Positions 18,452 through 25,768 of a DNA stretch of 64,000 nt are shown piece after piece; position 1 is the first letter of the stretch; every line of letters begins with the position of its first letter. The position numbers and the translations under genes are program-made. Source of the DNA: a virus (Duplodnaviria > Heunggongvirae > Uroviricota > Caudoviricetes); IMG/VR virus record IMGVR_UViG_3300028887_000105, one strand, 5' to 3'. The notes under the pieces were generated by a model, which worked only from the letters and a program-made list of their open reading frames with translations, searched no databases and had not been told where the DNA came from.

Positions 18452-18853
18452 ATGAGAAAGAAAAAAGAAGAAGTAACAGAAGAGTTGGTACAGGAAGTTA
18501 AGTATCCAACAGTAGAAGAATTGGTAATTGAGTGTATTAAACACGACATACCAGTAAACGGTGTTGACTATAATGGTAGAAACCTGGAGTATGAGATTGG
18601 CGGTTTCTCAAAGAGTGGTACTGGAAAACTTACCACTGATGAGGACGGTAATACAATCTTAGTTACCAGATATAATACAGTAAACGAAGTAAGATCCTTT
18701 GAGGATATTGCTGACGTTGCATATGATTGGTATTATAACTACCGAGACAGAGAACCATTTACACAGCCAGATTATAACTGGGCACCAATATTTGTTGAAA
18801 TGGGTCTAATTGAGGAACGAATTGTTAAGACCTACGTCCCTGTAGTTCAATGA
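18452..18853 (+). CDS. hypothetical protein
   Basis: 133-aa ORF. Confidence 0.55.
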   Translation: MRKKKEEVTEELVQEVKYPTVEELVIECIKHDIPVNGVDYNGRNLEYEIGGFSKSGTGKLTTDEDGNTILVTRYNTVNEVRSFEDIADVAYDWYYNYRDREPFTQPDYNWAPIFVEMGLIEERIVKTYVPVVQ

Positions 18854-18910
18854 ATAGAACGTGGGTTTCCTAAACCTAAGATCTGCGTTTGATTCGCAGC
18901 AGGGGTACTT

Positions 18911-18941
18911 AAAAAGAGAGGATTAATTCCTCTTTTTTTTG
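18911..18941 (+). terminator. rho-independent terminator
   Basis: AGAGAGG-ATTAATT-CCTCTTT hairpin + T8, followed by GTATAATTAC. Confidence 0.65.
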
Positions 18942-18974
18942 TATAATTACTACACTTTCTTTCTGTTCGGATCA

Positions 18975-19106
18975 GTTTGGCACGGTATTTGTAAGATAAA
19001 AATTGAGGCGCATAGTGAACAACTCACTCTCGCAGTTTTGAAATTAAAAAAAAATGTGTTACCTTTGCGGTACGAAATTGAAAAAACAGATTAAAATTTT
19101 AGTAAT
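18975..19106 (+). promoter_or_regulatory. conserved upstream element copy 3 (TGGCACG-N4-TTGTA core + sigma-A-like module)
   Basis: GTTTGGCACGGTATTTGTAAGATAAAA ... CACTCTCGCAGTTTTGAAATTAAAAAAAAATGTGTTACCTTTGCGG upstream of ATG 19107. Confidence 0.6.
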
Positions 19107-19358
19107 ATGAAAAAAGTAAAAACAGAGTATGTTGCAATTGTTAATGGCGATAAATACGTTATTTTTTCGCCAGATATTTCTAGAATTAATCCACATACCG
19201 TTTTGGGTTGCGTATTGTATGAGGGTAGTGCTCATAGTTCTTTGTATTACAACGAGGGTAACTATTCAAAAGAAGAACTAGAAAGTGCTGGTTATGGTAT
19301 TGTCGATGAAATAGTTAAAGTTGACACATATACAGAAGAAACAACAATTTATAAATAA
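19107..19358 (+). CDS. hypothetical protein
   Basis: 83-aa ORF downstream of conserved element. Confidence 0.5.
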   Translation: MKKVKTEYVAIVNGDKYVIFSPDISRINPHTVLGCVLYEGSAHSSLYYNEGNYSKEELESAGYGIVDEIVKVDTYTEETTIYK

Positions 19359-19386
19359 TCTTTAATATAGAATTAAATTTATTGTT

Positions 19387-20202
19387 ATGGAAGAGAAATT
19401 TTTAACTAGAGAAATTGTACAACAAAACGGCTGGGACGAACTAGAGGTTATAACAGCCGACATGCTTGATGGGTATACGGAAATTGGATATGCTGCTTTC
19501 GGTAATTGTTACAATATTACTTCAATTACTATTCCAAATAGCGTAACATATATTGGCAATTCGGCTTTCGCTGGTTGCGACAGTCTTACATCTGTTATTG
19601 TTCCAAACAGCGTCATAACCATTGGTGCGAGTGCTTTTAGGGGTTGTTCAAATCTTAAATCAATTAATATTCCAGATAGTACAAAAGAAATTGGAGAATA
19701 TGCTTTCCATAGATGCAAAAGTCTTACTTCAATTACCATTCCAGATAGTGTAACACGTATGGAAAGCGGCGCTTTCGATGGTTGCTCCAGCCTTACATCT
19801 GTCACTATTCCCAACAGTGTAACATACATGGGATATTGGGTTTTCAACCATTGTTCATTCAAAACCCCAAAAAGATATGATGAACAAGGTCGTTTAATTG
19901 CCTATAAGGGATTTAATGCCGACATGTCATGTCGTGGTTTTCAATATGAGGAGGGTGAAACTTATGAAATGGATGGTGAGATTAAATTATGCGAACGAGG
20001 CTTTCATGCGTGCACAAACCCACTAGATTGTTTGAATTTCTATGGTGGTGAAATATGCAAAGACGTTGTATACCACGAGGTTTACCTTGAAGATGTATCT
20101 GATGAGAGTGGTGATGATTCAAAGGTAGTTGCAAGGAAAATCACCATTGGGCACGAAATAACGCTATCCGAAATGGCAGATATTGCAAGTGGTAAAAAAT
20201 AA
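19387..20202 (+). CDS. BspA-type leucine-rich repeat protein with unique C-terminal domain
   Basis: five to six ~23-aa repeats IPxSVTxIGxxAFxxCxSLTS; no signal peptide. Confidence 0.75.
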   Translation: MEEKFLTREIVQQNGWDELEVITADMLDGYTEIGYAAFGNCYNITSITIPNSVTYIGNSAFAGCDSLTSVIVPNSVITIGASAFRGCSNLKSINIPDSTKEIGEYAFHRCKSLTSITIPDSVTRMESGAFDGCSSLTSVTIPNSVTYMGYWVFNHCSFKTPKRYDEQGRLIAYKGFNADMSCRGFQYEEGETYEMDGEIKLCERGFHACTNPLDCLNFYGGEICKDVVYHEVYLEDVSDESGDDSKVVARKITIGHEITLSEMADIASGKK

Positions 20203-20231
20203 AATTGTGTAATTACGATGTGCCCTTATCA

Positions 20232-20324
20232 GTTTGGCACGGTATTTGTACTGAAAAAAGTACGACCGTATTTATTAGGTCTGTAAAGTAAAAGTAGAAT
20301 ATTAACTAAAACAAATAAAATAAA
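20232..20324 (+). promoter_or_regulatory. upstream element copy 4 (TGGCACG-N4-TTGTA core only)
   Basis: CAGTTTGGCACGGTATTTGTACTGAAAAAAGTAC...; module B absent. Confidence 0.45.
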
Positions 20325-20744
20325 ATGAAAAGAATTAAGTATTGGAAAGTCGTTAAAGACGGAGTTGACATTGAAACCGCTAACAATATGCTTAAAGCAC
20401 AGGCGGTTGAAGGACATTTGTATGACAGATTGGCCGTGCGCCTGAAAGGTGATGGTAACATCTACGAATACGGTACTGACCTTATGAGTCGCAACTTTAC
20501 CGCTAAGGTTGTACTTCACGGAACCTGGGAGATACTGATCCCTGATGACGGAGAAGAGGAACGTCTGGATAAACTGCGTAAGATTGTTAAGGATGAAAAT
20601 TTCCTTACGGTAAATCACGAGGCTATTGACAATATGAATATCGATGCTATCTGGAAAAAGGTCGTCGATCGTATTGACAGTAATAAAGCCAAGTACGTGG
20701 TTATCAAGGCTATTGTCGAAAACAAATTGTATAAAGACAAGTAA
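20325..20744 (+). CDS. hypothetical protein
   Basis: 139-aa ORF. Confidence 0.55.
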   Translation: MKRIKYWKVVKDGVDIETANNMLKAQAVEGHLYDRLAVRLKGDGNIYEYGTDLMSRNFTAKVVLHGTWEILIPDDGEEERLDKLRKIVKDENFLTVNHEAIDNMNIDAIWKKVVDRIDSNKAKYVVIKAIVENKLYKDK

Positions 20745-20745
20745 T

Positions 20746-20985
20746 ATGTGGTTAAAAATTGATGATAACAAATTGATCAATCTTGATTTAGTCAAAGCGA
20801 TTGATAAGGGATTTAACGATATGATTATCATTCGTTATGAATTAGATCAAGATGTTATTAATTTCAGAAACGAATGGACTAGAGACGCTGCTTTCGATGA
20901 CATTCAGAAGTATATTAAAAGTGGTCCGTTGATGACGGACATTAAAACAGGTAATGATGAAAAAGAAGATTTATCTAGCATCTAG
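20746..20985 (+). CDS. hypothetical protein
   Basis: track ORF 20644 overlaps upstream gene; non-overlapping ATG at 20746 (MWLKIDDNK...). Confidence 0.45.
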   Translation: MWLKIDDNKLINLDLVKAIDKGFNDMIIIRYELDQDVINFRNEWTRDAAFDDIQKYIKSGPLMTDIKTGNDEKEDLSSI

Positions 20986-21388
20986 TATGAACAGCGATCG
21001 TAGGGATGAATACTACTTCGCTAAAAAGGCTCTTGAAGCCGCTGGCTTTGAAGTTTACTATCCAGTGGAACATTGCATTGACCACGCCTGGGATTATCCC
21101 AATCAAGAGTGGGGTCTGATGGTGTTCCAAAACGATATGTCCGCAATACTTGCTTGTGACTATATGGTTCTTCTTTCTTATGGAAGAAACTCCACTGCGG
21201 GTGCCAATTGGGAGGCTGGTTATGCTTTCGGTATTGGTAAAAAAGTGATCGTTGTTGAAATGACCGATGAGGTTATGTCTCTTATGGTCGCTAACGGTAG
21301 ATATGCTACAGTTAAGGGCTTGGAAGGTCTTAAAAAGTATGATTGGGAGAATATGCCCATGAGTAGAACAAATACAGAACAAAAGTAA
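20954..21388 (+). CDS. nucleoside 2-deoxyribosyltransferase-like (NDT/Rcl-family) enzyme
   Basis: KIYLASSM N-terminal strand and GANWEAGYAFGIGKKVIVV matching the DxGTxFExGYAxAxGKPV catalytic-Glu motif. Confidence 0.7.
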   Translation: MMKKKIYLASSMNSDRRDEYYFAKKALEAAGFEVYYPVEHCIDHAWDYPNQEWGLMVFQNDMSAILACDYMVLLSYGRNSTAGANWEAGYAFGIGKKVIVVEMTDEVMSLMVANGRYATVKGLEGLKKYDWENMPMSRTNTEQK

Positions 21389-21401
21389 AATTTATGGAAT
21401 T

Positions 21402-21827
21402 ATGAAACTAGAAAAAGATTATTTAGACTATCTCGTGATCGAACTGGAAGAAACGATTGGTACTAGTCCTCATAGTCGAGAGGCCATTAAGGATATCCTG
21501 CAGAAGGCTGCTGATTTTGGTAAAGACAAAAAAGAGCCTGTAAACGAGGACTTGGAGAAAGAAGTGAAAGAATGTTGGGATTATGTTTTTGCTCTTGGTT
21601 GGGATGAGAACTCTTTAATGACAATGAATCACAAAGAGTTTGTAGCGTTTGCTCGTCACTTTGCTGAGTGGCAAAAAGAACAGATGATGAAAAATAGTAC
21701 AGATGCATATATTCACAGAAACAGGTACACCAAGACAAATGTGCTGCACCTTGACGTGACTTGTGATGCTGTCCAAGTTTTCAAAGACAATGATAAACTG
21801 AAAGTTATTTTCGTTAAAGAAGATTAA
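21402..21827 (+). CDS. hypothetical protein
   Basis: 141-aa ORF. Confidence 0.55.
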   Translation: MKLEKDYLDYLVIELEETIGTSPHSREAIKDILQKAADFGKDKKEPVNEDLEKEVKECWDYVFALGWDENSLMTMNHKEFVAFARHFAEWQKEQMMKNSTDAYIHRNRYTKTNVLHLDVTCDAVQVFKDNDKLKVIFVKED

Positions 21828-21828
21828 T

Positions 21829-21933
21829 TATGGATCCCGTAATTGAAGTATTATCTTGTATCGTTATCTCGTGCGTTATTGTACTGATAATGGTTATATG
21901 GGATTATTTTACTCACGATAAAAGACAAAGATA
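21829..21933 (+). CDS. tiny membrane protein
   Basis: 34 aa, one TM helix. Confidence 0.3.
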
Positions 21934-21934
21934 A

Positions 21935-22117
21935 ATGGAAAAATTAGCAACAATAAACGAGGCTCTTGCTTTTGGAAAAAAGGAAATGCTTGAAAAAGCA
22001 ATTAAGTGGTTATCGGAAAACGCTGGTTATTATACCTGGTATAACGAATTTGAAGGTGAATCGGGTATGATGGAAGAGTTCATTCCTGAGTTCCGTAAAG
22101 CAATGGAGAAAGAATGA
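21935..22117 (+). CDS. hypothetical protein
   Basis: 60-aa ORF. Confidence 0.4.
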   Translation: MEKLATINEALAFGKKEMLEKAIKWLSENAGYYTWYNEFEGESGMMEEFIPEFRKAMEKE

Positions 22118-22593
22118 TAGTAGAGTACGGCACATATATGAGTGAGCGGGAGAAAAAGAAATATTTGAAAAGGATTAAACGTCCTGTTCATTTATATCAT
22201 ATTTCTCTTAAAAATCACGATGGTGAGGTTTTCAAACCACGAGTTCCTGAGGATTTCGGAAACAACGAAGACTATACCATACCGCGAGTGTGCTTTTCTT
22301 CCACGATTTCTGGCGCGTACAGGGCGATCACATTCGAAGATATACATGGGGAAGATTGCTATGTTCACGTGCCTGAGAACGCCGTTTCTTTGTTTAAGAA
22401 CGGCAATGTATATAAACCAGGCGAGGAACTTGTATGGGATACTTATTTCACCGACGAATATTGGGTGAAAAGACCAGTCAAAATGAAATGCATTGGTAAG
22501 GCTAGGTTCTATTATAAAGAATCACTTGGTTTATTTTGTTCTGGACCCTGGAGACCACCAGTGAAATTCAAATGGTTAGAAAAATATAATTAA
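22114..22593 (+). CDS. hypothetical protein
   Basis: 159-aa ORF. Confidence 0.55.
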   Translation: MIVEYGTYMSEREKKKYLKRIKRPVHLYHISLKNHDGEVFKPRVPEDFGNNEDYTIPRVCFSSTISGAYRAITFEDIHGEDCYVHVPENAVSLFKNGNVYKPGEELVWDTYFTDEYWVKRPVKMKCIGKARFYYKESLGLFCSGPWRPPVKFKWLEKYN

Positions 22594-22746
22594 ATGGAAA
22601 AGAAACACGAGAAATTAAAGAAAAGATGTTTTAATTGCAAATTTAGTGAAATGGGCTGTGAGGATCGGTTCAGAGTTAGAAATACATTTGGCTACACTGT
22701 TTGCAGTAAATGGAGAAATAATCAAAGTTTAATTGAAAAGAAATGA
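22594..22746 (+). CDS. small Cys-containing protein
   Basis: 50 aa; CFNCKFSEMGCED...C. Confidence 0.3.
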   Translation: MEKKHEKLKKRCFNCKFSEMGCEDRFRVRNTFGYTVCSKWRNNQSLIEKK

Positions 22747-23243
22747 GCGCAACAAATTCATTACATTACAATTTATGTCTGGAAGGTGCCAAGTGGCTTA
22801 AGAGAAAAAATAACCATGAGTATTATGAAACACCGTGGAAGTATATCGCGGTGGAGATCGTCGTATATGGTTGTGAGAACCCAGACATATGGGCTTTCAA
22901 CGGCTGGAGTACTATAGTTGTTGAGGTTAAGACTTCTCATGCTGACTTTCTAAATGACAAGAAGAAGTGGTTTAGACAAGTTGGTAATGAATGTGGAGAT
23001 CCAGGTAACTATAGGTACTATTTAACACCTAAGGGCCTGTTAAAGCCAGAGGAACTACCAGAAGGCTTTGGATTGCTTGAGTGGGACGGTAAGAATATTG
23101 AACGTGTCATAAAGGCAACCAAGCGAACAGTTACCAATCACGCTGACGGTATTATTATGGCAAGCATACTTAGACGCGAGCATTTCCCAGAAAAAATATA
23201 TAATTATCGTGGGGAACCAACAACTATACATCCCCAAGAGTAA
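22743..23243 (+). CDS. PD-(D/E)xK-fold nuclease
   Basis: IAVEIVVYG...ENPDIWAF...IVVEVKTS = E / PD / ExK catalytic triad order. Confidence 0.6.
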   Translation: MSATNSLHYNLCLEGAKWLKRKNNHEYYETPWKYIAVEIVVYGCENPDIWAFNGWSTIVVEVKTSHADFLNDKKKWFRQVGNECGDPGNYRYYLTPKGLLKPEELPEGFGLLEWDGKNIERVIKATKRTVTNHADGIIMASILRREHFPEKIYNYRGEPTTIHPQE

Positions 23244-23256
23244 ATTATTTTAGCGT

Positions 23257-23439
23257 ATGAGATATGTAGAATATGAGGAAATGGAAAAGTTTCTGTTAGA
23301 AAAAGTAGATGACATTGATAAAAGAATGGAAGAATGTACAGAAGATGACCTAACTTACAGATCACATTTATATGGTGTGAAAATAGGTTATCTGAATGCA
23401 CTTGGTTATTTAATTGCAAGACAAAAAATAAGAATTTAA
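23257..23439 (+). CDS. hypothetical protein
   Basis: 60-aa ORF. Confidence 0.4.
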   Translation: MRYVEYEEMEKFLLEKVDDIDKRMEECTEDDLTYRSHLYGVKIGYLNALGYLIARQKIRI

Positions 23440-23443
23440 AGTT

Positions 23444-23713
23444 ATGTTTGAAAGACTTGGTAAAAAGGTTGCGTACATCGTTGAGAACTATATGGAGTTC
23501 ATCTTTGCCCTTGCTGCACTAGCAATAATCTTTGCTGTGATTGGGCACTATGGTACGTGTGGTTTTAACTGGAAATGGTTCCTGTTCTTTGAACTTCCGT
23601 TGTATCTGTTCTTAGCCTGGGCTATATATGCTTCATGTCAGTTGTATGTAGAAGCCAAAAAGATACAGGAAGCAATGACAAAGAAAGAGAAAAAAGAGGA
23701 AGAAAATAAATAA
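23444..23713 (+). CDS. small membrane protein
   Basis: 89 aa, two TM helices, Lys/Glu tail. Confidence 0.5.
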   Translation: MFERLGKKVAYIVENYMEFIFALAALAIIFAVIGHYGTCGFNWKWFLFFELPLYLFLAWAIYASCQLYVEAKKIQEAMTKKEKKEEENK

Positions 23714-23719
23714 AAAGAT

Positions 23720-24088
23720 ATGGAAAAAGAAATAATCAAAACGATCAAATTAAAACCAATTAAATGTATCCGTCAATCAAAAAACAATCCATATATGCGT
23801 GGATTGGTAATGAAAAGAGGATTAACAACAAGGGAAGCCTGTCATATTTACAGAGAAATATTCTTGTTTAATCTTGATCTATCGCTAGATGATTTCGAAG
23901 ATAGAGAAGAAAAGAACTATTTCTATAATGATATTACTGAGAAGATGAATGATTATATCAAAGGAGACGTTGCATGGAATGATTTGTGTGACGCAACTTA
24001 CTGTTATGATGAAGACGATGATAGCGGTCCTTCTATCGCTTCTCATTTAAAATTAGTAGAGTATCTACAAAAAAGAGAGGTTATTTAA
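23720..24088 (+). CDS. hypothetical protein
   Basis: 122-aa ORF. Confidence 0.5.
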   Translation: MEKEIIKTIKLKPIKCIRQSKNNPYMRGLVMKRGLTTREACHIYREIFLFNLDLSLDDFEDREEKNYFYNDITEKMNDYIKGDVAWNDLCDATYCYDEDDDSGPSIASHLKLVEYLQKREVI

Positions 24089-24089
24089 G

Positions 24090-24242
24090 TATGATAATGT
24101 TTAAGGATTACCCGAAGGATTCGAGATATTCGAGTAGCAAGCGGTGGTTAAAAGTAAAAAAGAGAATTAAGAAAATTTTCCATACGAAATTACGTAGGGG
24201 AGAATGTGATAAACCATATTCACAAGGAGAAGTAATATTATA
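24090..24242 (+). CDS. small basic protein
   Basis: 50-aa ORF. Confidence 0.25.
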
Positions 24243-24253
24243 ATTGATCAAAA

Positions 24254-24472
24254 ATGAGTAAGAAAAGATTAACGTACGAAGAAGCATCCCAAATTGAATG
24301 GGACAATGTTGAACCAATTCCGTGTGGTAATAGAGTAATCGTCGGTCAAAGTAAAGACGGTAAGTATTACTACGAGGATGACACCAGAACTGCTGATCAT
24401 CGAATCCTGGACGCGGAGACAGGAGAGGAACTGTATAGTTATTATGAAGATTTTTATAACGGAAGAAGATGA
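24254..24472 (+). CDS. hypothetical protein
   Basis: 72-aa ORF. Confidence 0.45.
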   Translation: MSKKRLTYEEASQIEWDNVEPIPCGNRVIVGQSKDGKYYYEDDTRTADHRILDAETGEELYSYYEDFYNGRR

Positions 24473-24705
24473 GTAGAAAAGACGAAATAATTGCTAAAGC
24501 GAAGGATAAACTTTCGTATTCTTCTATCCAGCAGAGTGGTTTTATCCAAGGTGCTGAATGGGCTGATCAATCAATGCTTGAAAAAGTAATCAAGTGGGCC
24601 AAAAAGAATGCAAGAAAATATGCTTGGCACGATGATGCCAATGATACTTGCGGTTTTTCAGTTAACATATTTATTAAAGATTTAAAAAAAGCAATGGAGG
24701 AATAA
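24469..24705 (+). CDS. hypothetical protein
   Basis: 78-aa ORF, ATGA overlap. Confidence 0.45.
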   Translation: MSRKDEIIAKAKDKLSYSSIQQSGFIQGAEWADQSMLEKVIKWAKKNARKYAWHDDANDTCGFSVNIFIKDLKKAMEE

Positions 24706-24708
24706 ACT

Positions 24709-24894
24709 ATGGAAGAAATGACTCACGATCTTAAAATGTTACTAACATTTTTGTTGGTTATGATTGCAACTAGTCTTATTGGACTTATTGGTGCAATGTC
24801 TGATAAAAAAATGGTATACGGTGGTGCTGGTATAGCATTATTCGTTGAAATGTTTATTCTTATCGGCTATCTAATTTATAGCCTTTGGACTTAG
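24709..24894 (+). CDS. small membrane protein
   Basis: 61 aa, two TM helices. Confidence 0.5.
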   Translation: MEEMTHDLKMLLTFLLVMIATSLIGLIGAMSDKKMVYGGAGIALFVEMFILIGYLIYSLWT

Positions 24895-24898
24895 AATT

Positions 24899-25267
24899 AT
24901 GGAAACTAAAGAATTAAAAGAATATTTGGAGAAACGAATCCAAAAGTACGAAAAGAAAGCATTGCGTTATAAAGATATAGGTAGCGCAGGAATTGCTACA
25001 GAAGATAAAGCAATCCTTAGATATATCAAGTCTAAGGAAAAGAAAGGTGTTGATTACGAACTGTTAAAGAAACAACTTGACGAGGCCCTGGCTAAAGAAA
25101 CCAAGGAGTCTTGGAATTCGTTTATAGATGGCACTATCGATTGTAAAGTGTCATGGTATGATGGATTTATGCTGGATTATACCCAGGAACAATTGGACAA
25201 TGCTTTGTTAAAGATTGGTGCCGAAGTTGGAGACAAAGTAAAAGTAATTGTTTTAAAAGATGATTAA
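24899..25267 (+). CDS. hypothetical protein
   Basis: 122-aa ORF. Confidence 0.5.
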   Translation: METKELKEYLEKRIQKYEKKALRYKDIGSAGIATEDKAILRYIKSKEKKGVDYELLKKQLDEALAKETKESWNSFIDGTIDCKVSWYDGFMLDYTQEQLDNALLKIGAEVGDKVKVIVLKDD

Positions 25268-25282
25268 AAAGAAAATACAATT

Positions 25283-25486
25283 ATGAATACAAAAGAAAAG
25301 AAAGAAATAGAAAGTGTAATCAAGAAATTTGAAAATTGGGAGACTGGTTGTATGACCCAAATGGCGTGGTGTCATGAACACAATTTCCTGTTGGAAAATA
25401 TGGCTATGGATTACAAACGAAAAGCATACAGTGACTGTAGAATGGAATTAAGGTATGTGTTAAATCAACTTATTAAAAAAGATTAG
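25283..25486 (+). CDS. hypothetical protein
   Basis: 67-aa ORF. Confidence 0.45.
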   Translation: MNTKEKKEIESVIKKFENWETGCMTQMAWCHEHNFLLENMAMDYKRKAYSDCRMELRYVLNQLIKKD

Positions 25487-25488
25487 TT

Positions 25489-25758
25489 ATGAGTAAAGGT
25501 AAATCAAGAACAGCAACATATAGGCGTGTTAATGATATGTTAGCCACTCGTGGTACGGAATGTGAATGGTGGGATGGAGGTTATCCAGAATGCATGTTAC
25601 CTTGGGCTAAAAAAGGTCCAAAAGGATGTAATGGGAATCCATTTGTTTGTAAAAAATTATATTTACACCACCTTGCAGCGGCAAAAAAAATCGATAAATA
25701 CGCAAAATTAGATTTTGAAGAACGAGAAAAAAACACTTACAAGATAAAACCAATTTAA
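25489..25758 (+). CDS. hypothetical basic Cys-containing protein
   Basis: 89-aa ORF. Confidence 0.45.
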   Translation: MSKGKSRTATYRRVNDMLATRGTECEWWDGGYPECMLPWAKKGPKGCNGNPFVCKKLYLHHLAAAKKIDKYAKLDFEEREKNTYKIKPI

Positions 25759-25768
25759 TTAAATAATT

